This document shows, piece after piece, positions 53,305-54,795 of a stretch of DNA of 54,795 nt. Position 1 is the stretch's first letter; each line of letters starts with the position of its first letter. The stretch comes from Thermomicrobiales bacterium. GTDB lineage: Bacteria > Chloroflexota > Chloroflexia > Thermomicrobiales > UBA6265. The translations under genes and the position numbers were made by a program. The notes below the pieces were generated by a model. The model was not told the DNA's origin. It did not search any database and saw only the letters and a program-made list of their open reading frames with translations. Location: the NCBI GenBank assembly GCA_025928015.1, contig JAICKJ010000001.1, positions 1 to 54,795 of the forward strand, written 5' to 3'.

Positions 53305-54170
53305 CAGCGGGTCAGCGCGGTCAGGCCGCGCTGGGCGAGGCGCAGGTGGTCCTCGACCGAGGCGCAGCCGCACCCCATCACGTTCAACGCCAGACTCGTC
53401 GCGCCGAGCGCCCGCCAGCCGTCCGCCTGCGCTCGCCAGACGCCGGGATCGTCGCCGGCGAGCGTGATGCGGGCCTCGATCGGGAACGTGTCCGGGTCGC
53501 GCCCATTGGCGGTCAGCTCTTTGCGCAGCAGCGCGATCTGCTGGCGATGCTGGGGGCCGAGCTGTCCGTTCGGCAGGAAGCCGTCCGCCAGTCGCGCCGC
53601 GCGCTTGATCGCCGCGTCCGCGGTGCCGCCGATCCAGATCGGGATCGGCTGCTGCACCGGCATCGGCCAGAGGCCGGCGTGGTCGATGTGGTGCCAGCGT
53701 CCCTCGAACATCACCTCCCGCTCGGTCCAGAGCGCGCGCAGGACCGCGATCTGCTCCTCCATTCGCCGGGCGCGATTGTGGAAGTCTTCGTTCAGCGCCT
53801 CGTATTCGACCGCGTTCCAGCCGATGCCGGCGCCGAGCCGCAGCCGGCCCCGGCTGAGGATGTCGATCGCCGACGCCTGCTTGGCGACCAGCGCCGTCTG
53901 CCGCTGCGGCAGGACCAAGACGCCGGTGACCAGCTCGATGCTGCTCGTCAGCGCCGCCAGATATGAAAACAGCGAGAACACCTCGTGAAAGCTCGTGTCA
54001 ATCGAGTAAGCGCCGCGCCAGTCCGGGCGCGTGCGGGTGCCGGCGCCGAGGACGTGGTCGTAGGCCATGATCGAGGCGAAGCCCATCGTCTCCGCCGCCT
54101 GGCCGAACTCGCGGATCGCCGCCTCCTCGTGCCCGATCTCCGTCTGTGGAAAGACAATCCCGACCTTCAT
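53304..54170 (-). CDS. Luciferase-like (LLM class) F420-dependent oxidoreductase
   Basis: 288 aa. 'MKVGIVFPQTEIG', 'DHVLG' and 'GRLRLGAGIGWNAVEYEA' are typical of the probable F420-dependent LLM subfamily. Confidence 0.8.
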   Translation of the reverse strand: MKVGIVFPQTEIGHEEAAIREFGQAAETMGFASIMAYDHVLGAGTRTRPDWRGAYSIDTSFHEVFSLFSYLAALTSSIELVTGVLVLPQRQTALVAKQASAIDILSRGRLRLGAGIGWNAVEYEALNEDFHNRARRMEEQIAVLRALWTEREVMFEGRWHHIDHAGLWPMPVQQPIPIWIGGTADAAIKRAARLADGFLPNGQLGPQHRQQIALLRKELTANGRDPDTFPIEARITLAGDDPGVWRAQADGWRALGATSLALNVMGCGCASVEDHLRLAQRGLTALTR

Positions 54171-54257
54171 GCCCTGCCTCCCTCGCGCCTGATTCGTTTA
54201 GAGGCATATGTGGGCTGCGACGGGTGCGCTGTCAAGCGGCGCCGCGCATCTGGTGGA

Positions 54258-54795
54258 TCACGAGGACACCGGCGCAGCCGTGGCTTCCTGGATTGCGGCC
54301 GCGAAGACGGGGAGTGCCCGGTCGATCATCTCGTCGCTGGCGGTGAGCGAGATCCGGAAGTAGCCCGGACATTCGGCCGTGGAGCCGGGGAGGACGAAGA
54401 CGTCGCGCTGGGCGAGCAACTCGGTGAACGCGAAATCGTCGCCCAGCGGGGAGCGGACCAGGAGGTAGAACGTCCCTTCGGGCAGATTGACCTCGTAGCC
54501 GGCGCCGCGGAGGGCGGTGACCATCCGGTCGCGCCTGCGTTGGAGATGTCCGACATCGATGGAGAGCTTGTCCAGATCACCGAGCGCATGCAGAAGCAGC
54601 GCGTTGGGGAAGGCGTACCCGGTGATGATCTGGGCGAGCATGATGGCGCCGCGGAGCTGCTCCCGCGCGGCGAGGGGCATCTCCGGCGGCAGCGCCAGGT
54701 AGCCCAATCGCTGGCCAGGCGTCAGCAACGTCTTGCCGTAGGTGTAAATCAGGATGGAGTACGGATAGAACGCGGTGGGGCTGGGGAATGACCGG
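54258..54795 (-). CDS. Class I/II PLP aminotransferase, C-terminal part (5' end beyond the window)
   Basis: The frame is open to the window edge. It carries 'GKTLLTPGQRLGYLALPPE', 'PEGTFYLLV' and 'GYFRISL'. Confidence 0.8.
   Translation of the reverse strand, partial: RSFPSPTAFYPYSILIYTYGKTLLTPGQRLGYLALPPEMPLAAREQLRGAIMLAQIITGYAFPNALLLHALGDLDKLSIDVGHLQRRRDRMVTALRGAGYEVNLPEGTFYLLVRSPLGDDFAFTELLAQRDVFVLPGSTAECPGYFRISLTASDEMIDRALPVFAAAIQEATAAPVSS

Noticed and set aside
1-54795. I looked for CRISPR arrays, rRNA/tRNA genes, IS elements, integrases and prophage genes.
   Set aside because: I found no regularly spaced direct repeats, no cloverleaf-compatible sequences in the intergenic regions inspected, and no transposase or integrase-like ORFs. 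The only repeats are the short palindromic families reported above.

Overview
This is a high-GC chromosomal segment. Hand counts of single 60-nt lines give about 70-80% G+C in core genes. It is gene-dense, with about 55 supportable CDS, and I found no rRNA, tRNA, CRISPR array, transposase or integrase. Gene content suggests a monoderm Chloroflexota or Thermomicrobia-like organism: MurT/GatD, an LPXTG protein, F420-type enzymes, a Uma2 nuclease, and 'SLRSE'/'LRQAQGRL'-type palindromic repeats. That taxonomic call is inference only.

Layout, left to right:
- A peptide-type ABC importer (binding protein plus two permeases, no ATPase gene), with a permease remnant beside it.
- A 9-kb kdp cluster in which KdpD is split into two genes flanking kdpE, an extra receiver, two small coupled ORFs and kdpFABC.
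- sucAB.
- A cell-envelope block: PBP1A, an Lrp regulator, and a mreB-mreC-murT-gatD operon with a repeat element inside it.
- Sugar-acid and redox enzymes.
- A compositionally patchy accessory stretch (33.3-37.6 kb) holding a toxin-antitoxin pair with a nonsense-interrupted PIN toxin, a rhodanese-CBS pseudogene with four in-frame TGA codons, and a low-GC orphan gene.
- A GAF kinase/NarL pair.
- A sharply low-GC two-gene cassette (41.1-42.4 kb) with defence or toxin-antitoxin-like features.
- A DoxX / two-domain multicopper oxidase operon, then a repeat cluster.
- recX (no canonical start codon), Uma2, an LPXTG protein, a polyprenyl synthase, a Zn-peptidase, an AttH/CrtC-like protein, a vapBC pair, cupin/LLM genes and a truncated aminotransferase.

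The best candidates for undescribed biology are the translationally coupled small ORFs inside the kdp operon and the 41-42 kb low-GC cassette. Many long ORFs in the six-frame track are GC-driven shadow frames and are rejected.
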